This document shows positions 46,955 through 56,285 of a stretch of 64,000 nucleotides of DNA, piece after piece. Below the pieces are notes generated by a model. It saw nothing but the letters and a program-made list of their open reading frames with translations, was not told where the DNA came from and searched no databases. The DNA comes from Candidatus Magasanikiibacteriota bacterium (GTDB lineage Bacteria; Patescibacteriota; Patescibacteriia; Magasanikbacterales; GWA2-37-8): contig JAUSEN010000009.1 of assembly GCA_030650025.1 (NCBI GenBank), forward strand, positions 93,144 to 157,143, in the 5' to 3' direction. Position numbers and translations under genes: made by a program. The first letter of the stretch is position 1, and each line of letters starts with the position of its first letter.

Positions 46955-47608
46955 TTAGCCAATTTTTTTATTCCACCAAACCAGACCGGTTGCCAACAGC
47001 ATTCCCCCAAGCGCTCCCAGTATCAAATCCTTCATCGTGTCCCACACGCTGGGTTGAAAGACAGTGCCGCGCAGAGTGTCGCTCAAAAATTCGTAGCCTT
47101 CCCAAAGCACTGTCACAGCCATTACACTTACTAAAATTATTAAAATTCGGACCAGAGAATTTTTTATTTCCAATAATTTTGCTCGCTCTAGTATTTTTAT
47201 AAAAATAAACATTGCCATGGCCACGCTCGCGCCGCCAAAAAAATGTAGTGGTGTATCTAGTTGATAATACAGAGCCCACTCTGGCCACAGGCCATAAACC
47301 GTGGTGCTCAAGATATAAATAAACCAAGGCGGCAAAGTTATTAAAAATAATTCCCGCCAATAAATAAAGGGCGCAATTTTTATGAGGGGAGTAAACCGCG
47401 CCACTGTTTTGCCATTTTGCTCCACTGTTTCTAAAAATACGCTAAGCGGCCTAGTCCAGAGCGAGCCTTTAGGGAAAAATTTTTCTTCGTGTGTTTTATC
47501 TTGAAGTGATTTGTATAGCACGACGTCTTCTCCGGTCGCTTCCACTTTCCCAACCCCAATCACCTCACAGCGCCCGCCCTTAAAGTGTTGGTAAATTCCC
47601 AGTTGCAT
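46955..47608 (-). CDS. DUF1653-like domain fused to a membrane domain
   Basis: GIYQHFKGG..WTRPLSVFLE followed by four TM segments (DTPLHFFGG, WEGYEF, DTMKDL). Confidence 0.75.
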   Translation of the reverse strand: MQLGIYQHFKGGRCEVIGVGKVEATGEDVVLYKSLQDKTHEEKFFPKGSLWTRPLSVFLETVEQNGKTVARFTPLIKIAPFIYWRELFLITLPPWFIYILSTTVYGLWPEWALYYQLDTPLHFFGGASVAMAMFIFIKILERAKLLEIKNSLVRILIILVSVMAVTVLWEGYEFLSDTLRGTVFQPSVWDTMKDLILGALGGMLLATGLVWWNKKIG

Positions 47609-47615
47609 TGGTTGT

Positions 47616-47837
47616 TTATAATTTATTAAATTCTTCAATATCCAGACGCATTTCTTTGATAAGTTTGTGCAAGAGGCCAGTCGGAATATCACGTGAATGT
47701 TTGTGAGGCACTGGAATCGTGATTTGTTTTAGCGGATGAAATTAAATAGTATGTTTATTTTTGCGAATTGGAATGTAGCCAGCGCGCTGAATTTTTTTGG
47801 CGAATTCAGTATAGCGTATAGGTTTTAATTTAGGCAA
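47616..47837 (-). pseudogene. hicA: HicA-family toxin with in-frame stop
   Basis: MPKLKPIRYTEFAKKIQRAGYIPIRKNKHTI*FHPLKQITIPVPHKHSRDIPTGLLHKLIKE; TAA at 47744-47742. Confidence 0.8.
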
Positions 47838-48084
47838 AATCCGGTATGCGCACGAAAGAAAATTTTCGAGCTATAGTAGGGGTAATGGTTTCTTGCGGCA
47901 GTGTCTGATTAAAATCTTTAATTACCTCAAGGCACTCTTTAATCGCCGCATAGATATTTTTGTGTGCTACAGTGAGGGTTTTACCATATACCGCACAACC
48001 AGGTATGGCCGGCACGGCAGCAATATAACCGCCTTTTTTATCCCATTCGTACGTTATATAATATTGGTTAGTAGAAGGCTTCAT
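47830..48084 (-). CDS. hicB: HicB-family antitoxin
   Basis: GGYIAAVPAIPGCAVYGKT. Confidence 0.88.
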   Translation of the reverse strand: MKPSTNQYYITYEWDKKGGYIAAVPAIPGCAVYGKTLTVAHKNIYAAIKECLEVIKDFNQTLPQETITPTIARKFSFVRIPDFA

Positions 48085-48164
48085 ATATCAGCAGTATAGA
48101 TAAAAAATATTTGCTTGTCAAATCAAAAATTTGACATGTCAAAAATTTGACATTTTCCTCGTTG

Positions 48165-48248
48165 TGCCGCGGGAGAGAATCGAACTCTCATGACCTTGCG
48201 GTCGCTGGATTTTGAGTCCAGTTCGTCTACCAGTTCCGACACCGCGGC
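48165..48248 (-). tRNA. tRNA-Leu(CAA)
   Basis: GCCGCGG acceptor, CTGGA-CTCAAAA-TCCAG, long variable arm, GAGAG-TTCGATT-CTCTC. Confidence 0.96.
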
Positions 48249-48439
48249 CTAAAAACTAGTTTAAATTATAGCAAATCTTCGCTTCTTGTCAACCCTGCAC
48301 CAAGCCCTGTCACATATTTTTAATTTAAAAAAAATTTAGCCGTTAGGCAGTGTTGCTTTATTTGTTTTGTTATAAATAAAATTTAATTTAGGATTTGGTG
48401 CAGGGTCAATCCTGTGATATAATAATGACAGATACAGTT

Positions 48440-49210
48440 ATGTCTGTCATTATTTCGGTCGTCAACCAAAAAGGCGGGGTGGGTAAAACCACCACTGCCG
48501 TAAACCTGGCCGCGGCGCTTTCTGAAGCGGGCAAATTTGTGTTACTCGTTGACCTTGACCCGCAAGGCAACGCTTCTTCCGGTCTTGGCCTTAAACCCGA
48601 AGGGGTTATCAAGAGTTTGTATCACGCCATCATGGGTAGCCAACGGCTCCACGATGTAGTGCAAAATACGCCACACGCCGGCCTCCGTCTCGCGCCCGGC
48701 ACGCCGGATTTGGCTGGAGCCAACGTGGAGTTAGTAAATATGGAGGGGCGGGAGGGGAAATTAGCGGACATTTTAAGCGAAGTAAAACACGCTTACGATT
48801 ATATTATTATAGATTCTCCGCCATCGCTTGGCCTCCTCACCTTGAATGGCCTGGTCGCGGCCGACCATTTACTTATTCCCGTTCAAGCCGAGTATTACGC
48901 GCTCGAAGGCCTCGGCCAACTGCTTAAAACTATCGAACTTGTGCGCGCCAATTTAAAACCTAATTTAAAAGTTTTGGGCGCTGTCTTAACCATGTTTGAC
49001 GCTCGTACCAAACTCTCGACCGAAGTTATGCACGAGCTATATAAATATTTTCCTAATAATATTTTTCGTTCGGTTATTCCGCGCGCTGTGCGTTTGGCCG
49101 AAGCCCCGAGTTTTGGCCAGAGTATTTTTCATTACGAACCAGGCGGCAAAGGCGCCCGCGCCTACGAAAAATTGGGAAGAGAATTATTAGAGTATTTTGA
49201 AAGATCATAA
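48440..49210 (+). CDS. parA: ParA/Soj ATPase
   Basis: NQKGGVGKTT, DLDPQGN, EYYALEG. Confidence 0.96.
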   Translation: MSVIISVVNQKGGVGKTTTAVNLAAALSEAGKFVLLVDLDPQGNASSGLGLKPEGVIKSLYHAIMGSQRLHDVVQNTPHAGLRLAPGTPDLAGANVELVNMEGREGKLADILSEVKHAYDYIIIDSPPSLGLLTLNGLVAADHLLIPVQAEYYALEGLGQLLKTIELVRANLKPNLKVLGAVLTMFDARTKLSTEVMHELYKYFPNNIFRSVIPRAVRLAEAPSFGQSIFHYEPGGKGARAYEKLGRELLEYFERS

Positions 49211-49213
49211 TAG

Positions 49214-49312
49214 CTGGCAAAGCTAGTGTTTCCGAGCGGGTTTGACCCGCCCAGGGCGGGTCACCCCGAGGCCTCGCGGCCGAGGAAAGCGAGGAGACGC
49301 TAGCTTTGCCAG
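49214..49312. repeat. Long hairpin with nested palindromes between parA and parB
   Basis: CTGGCAAAGCTAGTGTTTCC..GGAGACGCTAGCTTTGCCAG enclosing TGACCCGCCC/GGGCGGGTCA. Confidence 0.75.
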
Positions 49313-49330
49313 ATTAATAAAAAAAATTTT

Positions 49331-50182
49331 ATGCCTCTAGGAAAAGGGCTTGGCGCCTTGATTGGCCCGAGTAGCCGCAAAACAACTGTGTTACAAACCG
49401 GTTCGGGCGCCGCGGGTCTGGATAAATTGTGGTTAGTGCCGCTTAGCGAAATCACCGCGAATCCAAATCAACCCCGCAAAAACTTCGCTCCCGCCGAACT
49501 CGAGGAATTAGCCGCGTCTATCAAAGAACACGGCATACTTCAGCCGCTTTTAGTTTCCGAAAAATCCGATGGCGGTTATGAGTTAATTGCCGGCGAGCGG
49601 CGTTTGCGCGCGGCTCGGCGCGCTGGCCTCACCAGTGTCCCCGTTATTGTAAAAAAATATTCAGACGAAACCAAACTCTCCATTTCTTTAATCGAGAATA
49701 TCCAGCGGGCCGATTTAAATCCAATCGAAGAAGCTTTTGCTTACAAGCGCTTGATAGAAGAATTTGGTTTGACCCAAGAAGCGGTGGCGAGTAAAGTCGG
49801 CAAAAGTCGCCCGTCGGTTGCTAACATGATCCGGTTGCTGGAACTGCCGAACGAAGTTCAGCAAGCTTTGATTGACGGCAAAATTTCCACGGGTCAGGCC
49901 CGGGCGGTTTTAAGTATTGGCGACAAAAAAGCCCAGCTCGATATTTTAGCCTCCATGCTCGGCAGTAAAATTACGGTGCGCGAGTTAGAGAGAACCGCGA
50001 CCGCCCAAAATCCCAGCCGGGCGCGCGGGCGGGATCCGAACCTTAATTATCTAGAAGAAAAACTTCGCGCCGCGCTTGGCACCAAAGTAACCATCTCACA
50101 AAAAGGCGAGCGCGGGGCTGTTGTCATCGATTATTTTTCTAAAGAAGAGCTGGCCCGCATCATTAAAAAAATTGCTCCCTAA
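49331..50182 (+). CDS. parB: ParB/Spo0J
   Basis: NPNQPRK, IAGERRLRA, ENIQRADLNPIEEA. Confidence 0.96.
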   Translation: MPLGKGLGALIGPSSRKTTVLQTGSGAAGLDKLWLVPLSEITANPNQPRKNFAPAELEELAASIKEHGILQPLLVSEKSDGGYELIAGERRLRAARRAGLTSVPVIVKKYSDETKLSISLIENIQRADLNPIEEAFAYKRLIEEFGLTQEAVASKVGKSRPSVANMIRLLELPNEVQQALIDGKISTGQARAVLSIGDKKAQLDILASMLGSKITVRELERTATAQNPSRARGRDPNLNYLEEKLRAALGTKVTISQKGERGAVVIDYFSKEELARIIKKIAP

Positions 50183-51684
50183 ATTCGCTGTTTTCTTTTG
50201 GGCAGGACAAACTTCAGCCAGGAATCATGCTCGGCTGTCTTAAGCGCGTTCTTAATATGATTTCTGGCCAAATGGGTTTTCACAAATTTAATCCAGTCTT
50301 GGCTTGGAGTTTTGCGGTTTTTATCAATAATAATTTCAATAACGTCGCCGCTTTTGAGCGGGGTGCTTAAACTGGCCAGGGAGTCGTTAATTTTAACGCC
50401 ACTGCAACGATTGCCAATTTCGGTATGAATGTGGTAAGCAAAATCAACCGGTGTCGCGTCCTCCGGTAAATCAATCACGTCACCCTTAGGCGTAAACACA
50501 AAAATGCGATTTTTAAAAAAATCAATTTTTAACTGTTCCAGGTCGCCCACATTATTGAGCACTTCTTTTTGAATGGCGGCCAAGTCCTCGGCCCAGCGAA
50601 TATTTTTCGCCGGCTGTTTAATTCCAAATTCATCATAGTGCCAATGCGCCGCCACGCCAAACTCGGCGTCATTATGCATTTCTTGGGTGCGAATTTGAAA
50701 TTCCACAATTTTACCCTCGTCGTAAAACACCGTGGTATGGAGCGACTGATACCCGTTGGGTTTGGGTTGGGCGATGTAGTCTTTAATCCGGCCTTTCAAG
50801 GGGCGCCAGAGTTTGTGAATGATGCCAAGCGTGGCGTAGCAATCGCTCACGTCCTTTAATATAACGCGGAGGGCTATAACGTCATAAACTTTGTCCGAAT
50901 CCCAGCCTTTGCGCAGTAGTTTTTGGTAAAAACTGTAAAGTTGTTTGCGGCGGCCATGCAAGTCTATTAATTTTACTTGCGATTCCTTCAACTCTTTGCG
51001 GAGCATGGTGAGAATTTTTTCAATCAAGGTTTCGCCTTCAGTAAACATCCGGTCTTGGATTTCTTTAACTTTTTGGTATTCTTTCGGGAAGACGTATGGA
51101 AACGACAGGTCTTCGAGCAAGCCGCGAAATTCGCCCATCCCCAGGCGGTTAGCGATGGGCGCGTATATCTCCAAACTCTCTAAGGCAATTCGGTATCGTT
51201 TGTCCTCGGGCAAGGCCGAGAGAGTGGTGAGGTTGTGGACGCGATCCGCGAATTTAATAATCATGACGCGGACATCCTCGGCCATAGCCACGAACATTTT
51301 GCGCAGGTTCTCCATATAGCGCTCCATACCGCGGTATTTTAATTTACCGAGTTTAGTGATGCCGCTCACCATGCCCGCGATATCTTTACCAAAATCTTTT
51401 TCAATTTCTTCGATAGTAACATTAGTATCCTCGGGCACATCATGGAGCAAGGCCGCGGCTACCAGTTGCACATCGAGGCGCATGCCAGCCAGTATGTAAG
51501 CCGCCGCTAGGGGGTGGATAATATAGGGGGCCCCCGAAACTCGCTTTTGCTCGGCATGAGCCGCTTTGGCTGTTTCATAAGCTAACCAAATAAGGTCTAA
51601 ATCCTTATGGGTAGAGTACTTTTTGACCTTTTCAACCAGGTCATTTATGCTTAAATTGTCGGGGATTTTTAGCCTATCAGGCAT
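50179..51684 (-). CDS. RelA/SpoT homolog (HD, synthetase, TGS; short C-terminus)
   Basis: LLHDVPED, KPNGYQSLHT, EFQIRT, TPKGDV. Confidence 0.95.
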   Translation of the reverse strand: MPDRLKIPDNLSINDLVEKVKKYSTHKDLDLIWLAYETAKAAHAEQKRVSGAPYIIHPLAAAYILAGMRLDVQLVAAALLHDVPEDTNVTIEEIEKDFGKDIAGMVSGITKLGKLKYRGMERYMENLRKMFVAMAEDVRVMIIKFADRVHNLTTLSALPEDKRYRIALESLEIYAPIANRLGMGEFRGLLEDLSFPYVFPKEYQKVKEIQDRMFTEGETLIEKILTMLRKELKESQVKLIDLHGRRKQLYSFYQKLLRKGWDSDKVYDVIALRVILKDVSDCYATLGIIHKLWRPLKGRIKDYIAQPKPNGYQSLHTTVFYDEGKIVEFQIRTQEMHNDAEFGVAAHWHYDEFGIKQPAKNIRWAEDLAAIQKEVLNNVGDLEQLKIDFFKNRIFVFTPKGDVIDLPEDATPVDFAYHIHTEIGNRCSGVKINDSLASLSTPLKSGDVIEIIIDKNRKTPSQDWIKFVKTHLARNHIKNALKTAEHDSWLKFVLPKRKQRI

Positions 51685-51760
51685 ATTATGCTTTAGTTTA
51701 GTCATTATTCCAGATCCTGCCCCACTTGACAAGCTGTCAATAGTATGGTATACTCTTCTC

Positions 51761-51976
51761 GTGATTCTAAGACAAAACCTTAACGCGAACTCCCCCCACT
51801 AATCTTTTGAGCAGTGGGGGGTTGTTTTTGTAACTGGCCCGAAAATAACGAGCCCGCTTTAGCGGGCGAAGATATTTTCGTTGGCAGTTACAATCCGCCG
51901 CAGGCGGATACGCTTGCCAAAACAGTCGTTTTATATTAAACTCACCCCTGTAGGCGATGACGGGCCTTAGAATCAC
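51761..51976 (+). ncRNA. Candidate structured ncRNA (6S-like rod)
   Basis: Promoter TTGACA-17-TATACT at 51726-51754; ends GTGATTCTAAG/CTTAGAATCAC pair; long internal stem. Confidence 0.45.
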
Positions 51977-52041
51977 CATAGGCATTAAGGACACCCTCAT
52001 CCCTACATTAAGCACCCCTTGGGGCAACCCCAGAGGGGTTT

Positions 52042-54261
52042 TTATTTATCAGCTATATAACCGCATTCTTTGTCGCTACACTTAACCGTTTGTTTGGCGC
52101 CATAGACCAGAAGTTTGCCGCAATTCGGGCATTTGTCCCCGGTGGGTTTATCCCAGAGCGCGAAAGTGCATTTGGGGTAAGCGTTACAGCCATAAAATAA
52201 TTTACCGCGTTTGCTTTTGCGCGTCACCAAATCACCCTCGCCGCAATCCGGGCATTTGATGTTTAATTTATTTTCAATTCGTTTAATATTTTTGCAATCC
52301 GGGTAACCGCTGCACCCGAGGAATGGCCCAAACCGGCCCACGCGCCTCTGCATGGGTTTACCGCACTTCTCGCATAATTCGTCTGTTAGTTCGGCCGCGC
52401 TCCGTTCCTCGGCTTCTTTGCCAAATGGCTTCGTGTGTTTACAGTCCGGGTAGCCGCTACAAGCCAGAAATTTTCCAAACCGCCCGACTTTAATCACCAT
52501 GGGTTTCTCGCATTTTTCGCATTTCTCATCGGTTTTCTCTTCGGTTAGTTCTTTTTTATTTAACTCCTTGTCTTTTTTAATCAAGTTTTCTTTAAACGGC
52601 TTATAAAAATCCGCGATCACCGGCTGCCATTTTTTTAAACCCTCCGCGATCTCATCTAATTGATTCTCTAGCTCGGCCGTGAATTTGTAGTCCACTATAT
52701 GAGGGAAGTGTTCCACCAGAAGGTCATTGACAATATAGGCGATGTCGCTCGGGAAAAAGCGTTTTTTATCATCGCGTTCAACGTACAGGCGAGCCTCAAT
52801 CGTTGCGATAGTTGGAGCGTAAGTACTGGGGCGGCCAATGCCATATTCTTCAAGCGTTTTCACGAGCGTCGCGTCGCTGTAGCGCGCCGGCGGTTCGGTA
52901 AAATGCTGTTCGGGTTTTAGCTCACTGCAAACCGCCGCTTCGCCGTTCTCTAATTTTGGCAAAGCGTTCTCTTTGGCTTTTTCCGGGTAAAGTTTCAGCC
53001 AGCCGTCAAAAGTAATAACCTGGCCCGTGGCGCGGAAGGTGTAGTCATTACTGCTTTTAATGTCAACGCTCGTGGCATTAAGTTCGGCGGCGGCCATTTG
53101 GGTGGCCAGGGCGCGGTTCCAAATTAAATGGTAAAGCCGATGTTGGTTTTTATTTAAAAATGGTTTCACTTCCTCGGGGGCGCGGCTGGCTTCGGTGGGG
53201 CGCACCGCTTCGTGCGCTTCTTGCGCGGATTTATTTTTATTTTTATAAAAACGGGGAGCCTCGAGCGCGTAATTTTTCCCAAACGAAGTGGTAATAGTGG
53301 CTTTGGCGTCGTCTAAAAATTTTTGCGATAAATTAACCGCGTCCGTGCGCATGTAGGTAATTAAACCAACCTGCCCGCCGCTCCCGAGTTCCACGCCTTC
53401 GTAGAGTTGCTGGGCCAGCATCATGGTTTGTTTGGCCGAGAACCCGAGGCTGTTATTGGCATCTTGCTGTAAACTTGAAGTCGTGTAGGGCGGCGGGGGA
53501 GTGCGGCTGGTTTTCTTTTCTTCTAATTCCGCAATTTTATATTTAACACCAGCCAGGTCTTTAACGATGGCATCTACCTCCGCGGCATTTTTCAAATCCA
53601 TTTTGTCTAGCCTCTTGCCTTTAATCGCCGCGAGTTTAGCCGGGAAAATCTCTGTCTTATTTTTTAAAGTGGAAAATTGCCCCTCAATCGTCCAGTATTC
53701 TTCTTTATTAAAAGCTTTAATTTCGCGCTCGCGCTCTACCACGAGGCGCACCGCCACGCTTTGCACCCGGCCTGCCGACAAACCCCGCGCGACTTTCCGC
53801 CATAAAAACGGGGACATTTCATAACCGACTAGCCGGTCTAAAACGCGCCGCGCTTGCTGGGCGTCCACCAGTTTTAAATCCAGCGCCCGGGGGTGTTCGA
53901 GCGCTTCTGTTAAAGCAGTTTTAGTAATTTCATGAAACGTAATGCGTTTAGCATTCTCTGGTTTAATACCGAGCAGATACGCCAGATGGTAGGAAATGGC
54001 TTCGCCTTCGCGGTCTTGGTCCGACGCGAACAAAATCTCGCCCGCTTTGGCCGCGGCGTCTTTTAGTTCTTTAACGACCTTGATTTTGTCTTTGCTCACA
54101 ACGTACGTGGGCTCGAAACCGTGTTCAATATCGACGCCGATCTTGGACTTGGGCAAATCGCGCACATGCCCGAAAGACGACAAAACGCGGTAGTCTTTAC
54201 CGAGGAATTTTGTAATGGTTTTGGCTTTAGTGGGGGATTCGACGATGACCAAAGTTTTCAT
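52042..54261 (-). CDS. topA: DNA topoisomerase I
   Basis: IVESPTK, DREGEAI, SAGRVQS, ITYMRTD, C-terminal Zn ribbons. Confidence 0.98.
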   Translation of the reverse strand: MKTLVIVESPTKAKTITKFLGKDYRVLSSFGHVRDLPKSKIGVDIEHGFEPTYVVSKDKIKVVKELKDAAAKAGEILFASDQDREGEAISYHLAYLLGIKPENAKRITFHEITKTALTEALEHPRALDLKLVDAQQARRVLDRLVGYEMSPFLWRKVARGLSAGRVQSVAVRLVVEREREIKAFNKEEYWTIEGQFSTLKNKTEIFPAKLAAIKGKRLDKMDLKNAAEVDAIVKDLAGVKYKIAELEEKKTSRTPPPPYTTSSLQQDANNSLGFSAKQTMMLAQQLYEGVELGSGGQVGLITYMRTDAVNLSQKFLDDAKATITTSFGKNYALEAPRFYKNKNKSAQEAHEAVRPTEASRAPEEVKPFLNKNQHRLYHLIWNRALATQMAAAELNATSVDIKSSNDYTFRATGQVITFDGWLKLYPEKAKENALPKLENGEAAVCSELKPEQHFTEPPARYSDATLVKTLEEYGIGRPSTYAPTIATIEARLYVERDDKKRFFPSDIAYIVNDLLVEHFPHIVDYKFTAELENQLDEIAEGLKKWQPVIADFYKPFKENLIKKDKELNKKELTEEKTDEKCEKCEKPMVIKVGRFGKFLACSGYPDCKHTKPFGKEAEERSAAELTDELCEKCGKPMQRRVGRFGPFLGCSGYPDCKNIKRIENKLNIKCPDCGEGDLVTRKSKRGKLFYGCNAYPKCTFALWDKPTGDKCPNCGKLLVYGAKQTVKCSDKECGYIADK

Positions 54262-54267
54262 ATGCCC

Positions 54268-54309
54268 ATACTAATAGAGATTGACAGTCGTGTCAACTAG
54301 CAGTACTAT
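54268..54309. promoter_or_regulatory. Overlapping divergent promoters
   Basis: TTGACA-GTCG-TGTCAA core; + strand TTGACA-17-TACTAT, - strand TTGACA-17-TAGTAT. Confidence 0.65.
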
Positions 54310-54329
54310 TAGATTATAAAATTAATTTT

Positions 54330-54860
54330 ATGCCAGAAGATAATTTTACTGATAAATTAGCTAGAGAAATACTTGGGGGTAGCGGGCAGAAAGACTTGCC
54401 CCCAACACCGGGGAGAGAACCATCGATTGATGCGTTAGCCTTGCAGGTAATGAAGAGAGGGCGTCGGCAAGGAGAGGTGGATAAGGCCGAGGCGCTGGCT
54501 TTGGTATTTGGCGGCAGTAACGAGTTCAGAGAGGTGCAGGAATTGCAAACCAGATTACCTGCAATTGGCGTCGCTGCGGAAGCCATTGCTACTTTGGAAC
54601 GTTACTGGAAAAACGACCCCGAGGTAATGGGTCAAGTTTTGGTTTGGCGGCAAGGGCTAATTAGAGGCGCCGCGGAGCTGCGACAAGCATCACAAAAGAT
54701 TGGCGATACACGAGGATTTTTACAAACATTACAAAATAGAGATTTTGGTGCCGCGGCCGAAACAGCCGCGGTGAGCGCTTTCGAGAGATTTCGTCAAATG
54801 GCTGATGCCATTGCCAAAGCCGCCGCGGGCGAACTCGCTCGTTTGCGGGCTTTGGAGTAA
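54330..54860 (+). CDS. Hypothetical helical protein
   Basis: 176-aa ORF. Confidence 0.7.
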   Translation: MPEDNFTDKLAREILGGSGQKDLPPTPGREPSIDALALQVMKRGRRQGEVDKAEALALVFGGSNEFREVQELQTRLPAIGVAAEAIATLERYWKNDPEVMGQVLVWRQGLIRGAAELRQASQKIGDTRGFLQTLQNRDFGAAAETAAVSAFERFRQMADAIAKAAAGELARLRALE

Positions 54861-54882
54861 ATTGGCCTAAGGTTTGGGTGGT

Positions 54883-56244
54883 TTAGCGGCGTTTAAAATA
54901 TGGCCGCAACTGCCCGCTTAAAAATATCGAACCCGTAGCTAGGAGCAACCCCCTGGTCTTTTTTTGTTCTGCCTTACTCCAGGCCAGAGCCTCGGCTGGT
55001 TCCAGAAAAGTTTTGATAAGGCCATTAAAAAAATTATTTTTTTTATTTTTATTTTTTTTCAAATTATTTTTAAATTTCTCGGCAATAAAACGCGGGTCCG
55101 CGGCTTTGCGGAAGGTATTGCTTGTAAACCGGGTCGCCGCGATCGTTTGGGGGTTGAGAGTCGCGAGCTGGCGTATCATGTTTTTAATATCTTTATTAGC
55201 CGCGAAGCCGGCCACCAAATGCAGAGACCCAATATTTTCTTGTGCTACTAATTTTTTTAAGGTCGTTACTGTCGAGCGCATTTTATCGGGGTTATGCGCG
55301 CCGTCCAAAATTATTAGCGGGTTTCTTGCTACCACCTCAAAACAAACCGGTAACACGATGTTTTGAAAAGCCTTAATTATTTCTGGTTCGGTTACGCCCG
55401 CGCTTTTAAGAGCCGCCCGCGCGATTAAGGCGTTATTTATTTGATGCTCTCCCGCTACGGGGAGAGTATATTTTTGGCCGTCAATGATAAAGCTACTACC
55501 TTGGCTATCACTGCTTAAAACTTTAACTCCCGCCTGGCTAATTCTGGTGAGCGACCTCGCTCCGGCGCGGCGAATCTCGCGCTCAAAAATTTTTACTAAT
55601 TTTTTGTCTTTTTCCGCGGTAAAAACTCGGGCTCCGCGCTTGATTATTCCCGCCTTCTCGTAAGCGATATCTTTCTTGGTGGGGCCGATAATATCCACGT
55701 GGTCGAGGCCAATGTTGGTGATAATGGCAATGTCTTTACGCGGTATTATATTAGTCGCGTCATAACGCCCGCCACAAGCCACTTCTAAAACCGCGAAGTC
55801 TACTTTATGCTTAGCAAAATACATGATGCCGAGCATGGTCATGATTTCGCTAAACGAAGGGACGTCATGCCGGCTGATTTCTAAAAATTTTTCCAAAGCC
55901 GGTTTAAGCTTGCTCACTAGAGCATTGAACTCATTTTTGGCCATGGCGCGGCCATTAATCTCCCAGCGCTCTTGCATTGTAGAAGGGTGAGGCGAAGTAA
56001 CGAGGCCAACCCTTTTCCCACTCTCTATAAGCCCCGCGGCCAGAAGGCGCGCCACCGAACCTTTGCCGCTCGTACCCGTGACATGGGCAAAGTGGGGTAT
56101 TTTTTTTTCCGGATTCCCCAAAATCTTCAAGAGCACCCGCATGCGCTCTAAATAAACACCCGAATGCCGCGGGTCGCTGATATATTCGCGCCGCGGCAAA
56201 TTGTTAAGAGACAAGATAAAATTGTATGCTTCGGCGTAAGTCAC
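54883..56244 (-). CDS. folC: Folylpolyglutamate synthase
   Basis: HVTGTSGKGS, LEVACGGRYDATN, ILDGAHN. Confidence 0.92.
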   Translation of the reverse strand: MTYAEAYNFILSLNNLPRREYISDPRHSGVYLERMRVLLKILGNPEKKIPHFAHVTGTSGKGSVARLLAAGLIESGKRVGLVTSPHPSTMQERWEINGRAMAKNEFNALVSKLKPALEKFLEISRHDVPSFSEIMTMLGIMYFAKHKVDFAVLEVACGGRYDATNIIPRKDIAIITNIGLDHVDIIGPTKKDIAYEKAGIIKRGARVFTAEKDKKLVKIFEREIRRAGARSLTRISQAGVKVLSSDSQGSSFIIDGQKYTLPVAGEHQINNALIARAALKSAGVTEPEIIKAFQNIVLPVCFEVVARNPLIILDGAHNPDKMRSTVTTLKKLVAQENIGSLHLVAGFAANKDIKNMIRQLATLNPQTIAATRFTSNTFRKAADPRFIAEKFKNNLKKNKNKKNNFFNGLIKTFLEPAEALAWSKAEQKKTRGLLLATGSIFLSGQLRPYFKRR

Positions 56245-56285
56245 AGGAAGAATTTTTTATACCGTTTGGTTTTTGTACTTTTGAA

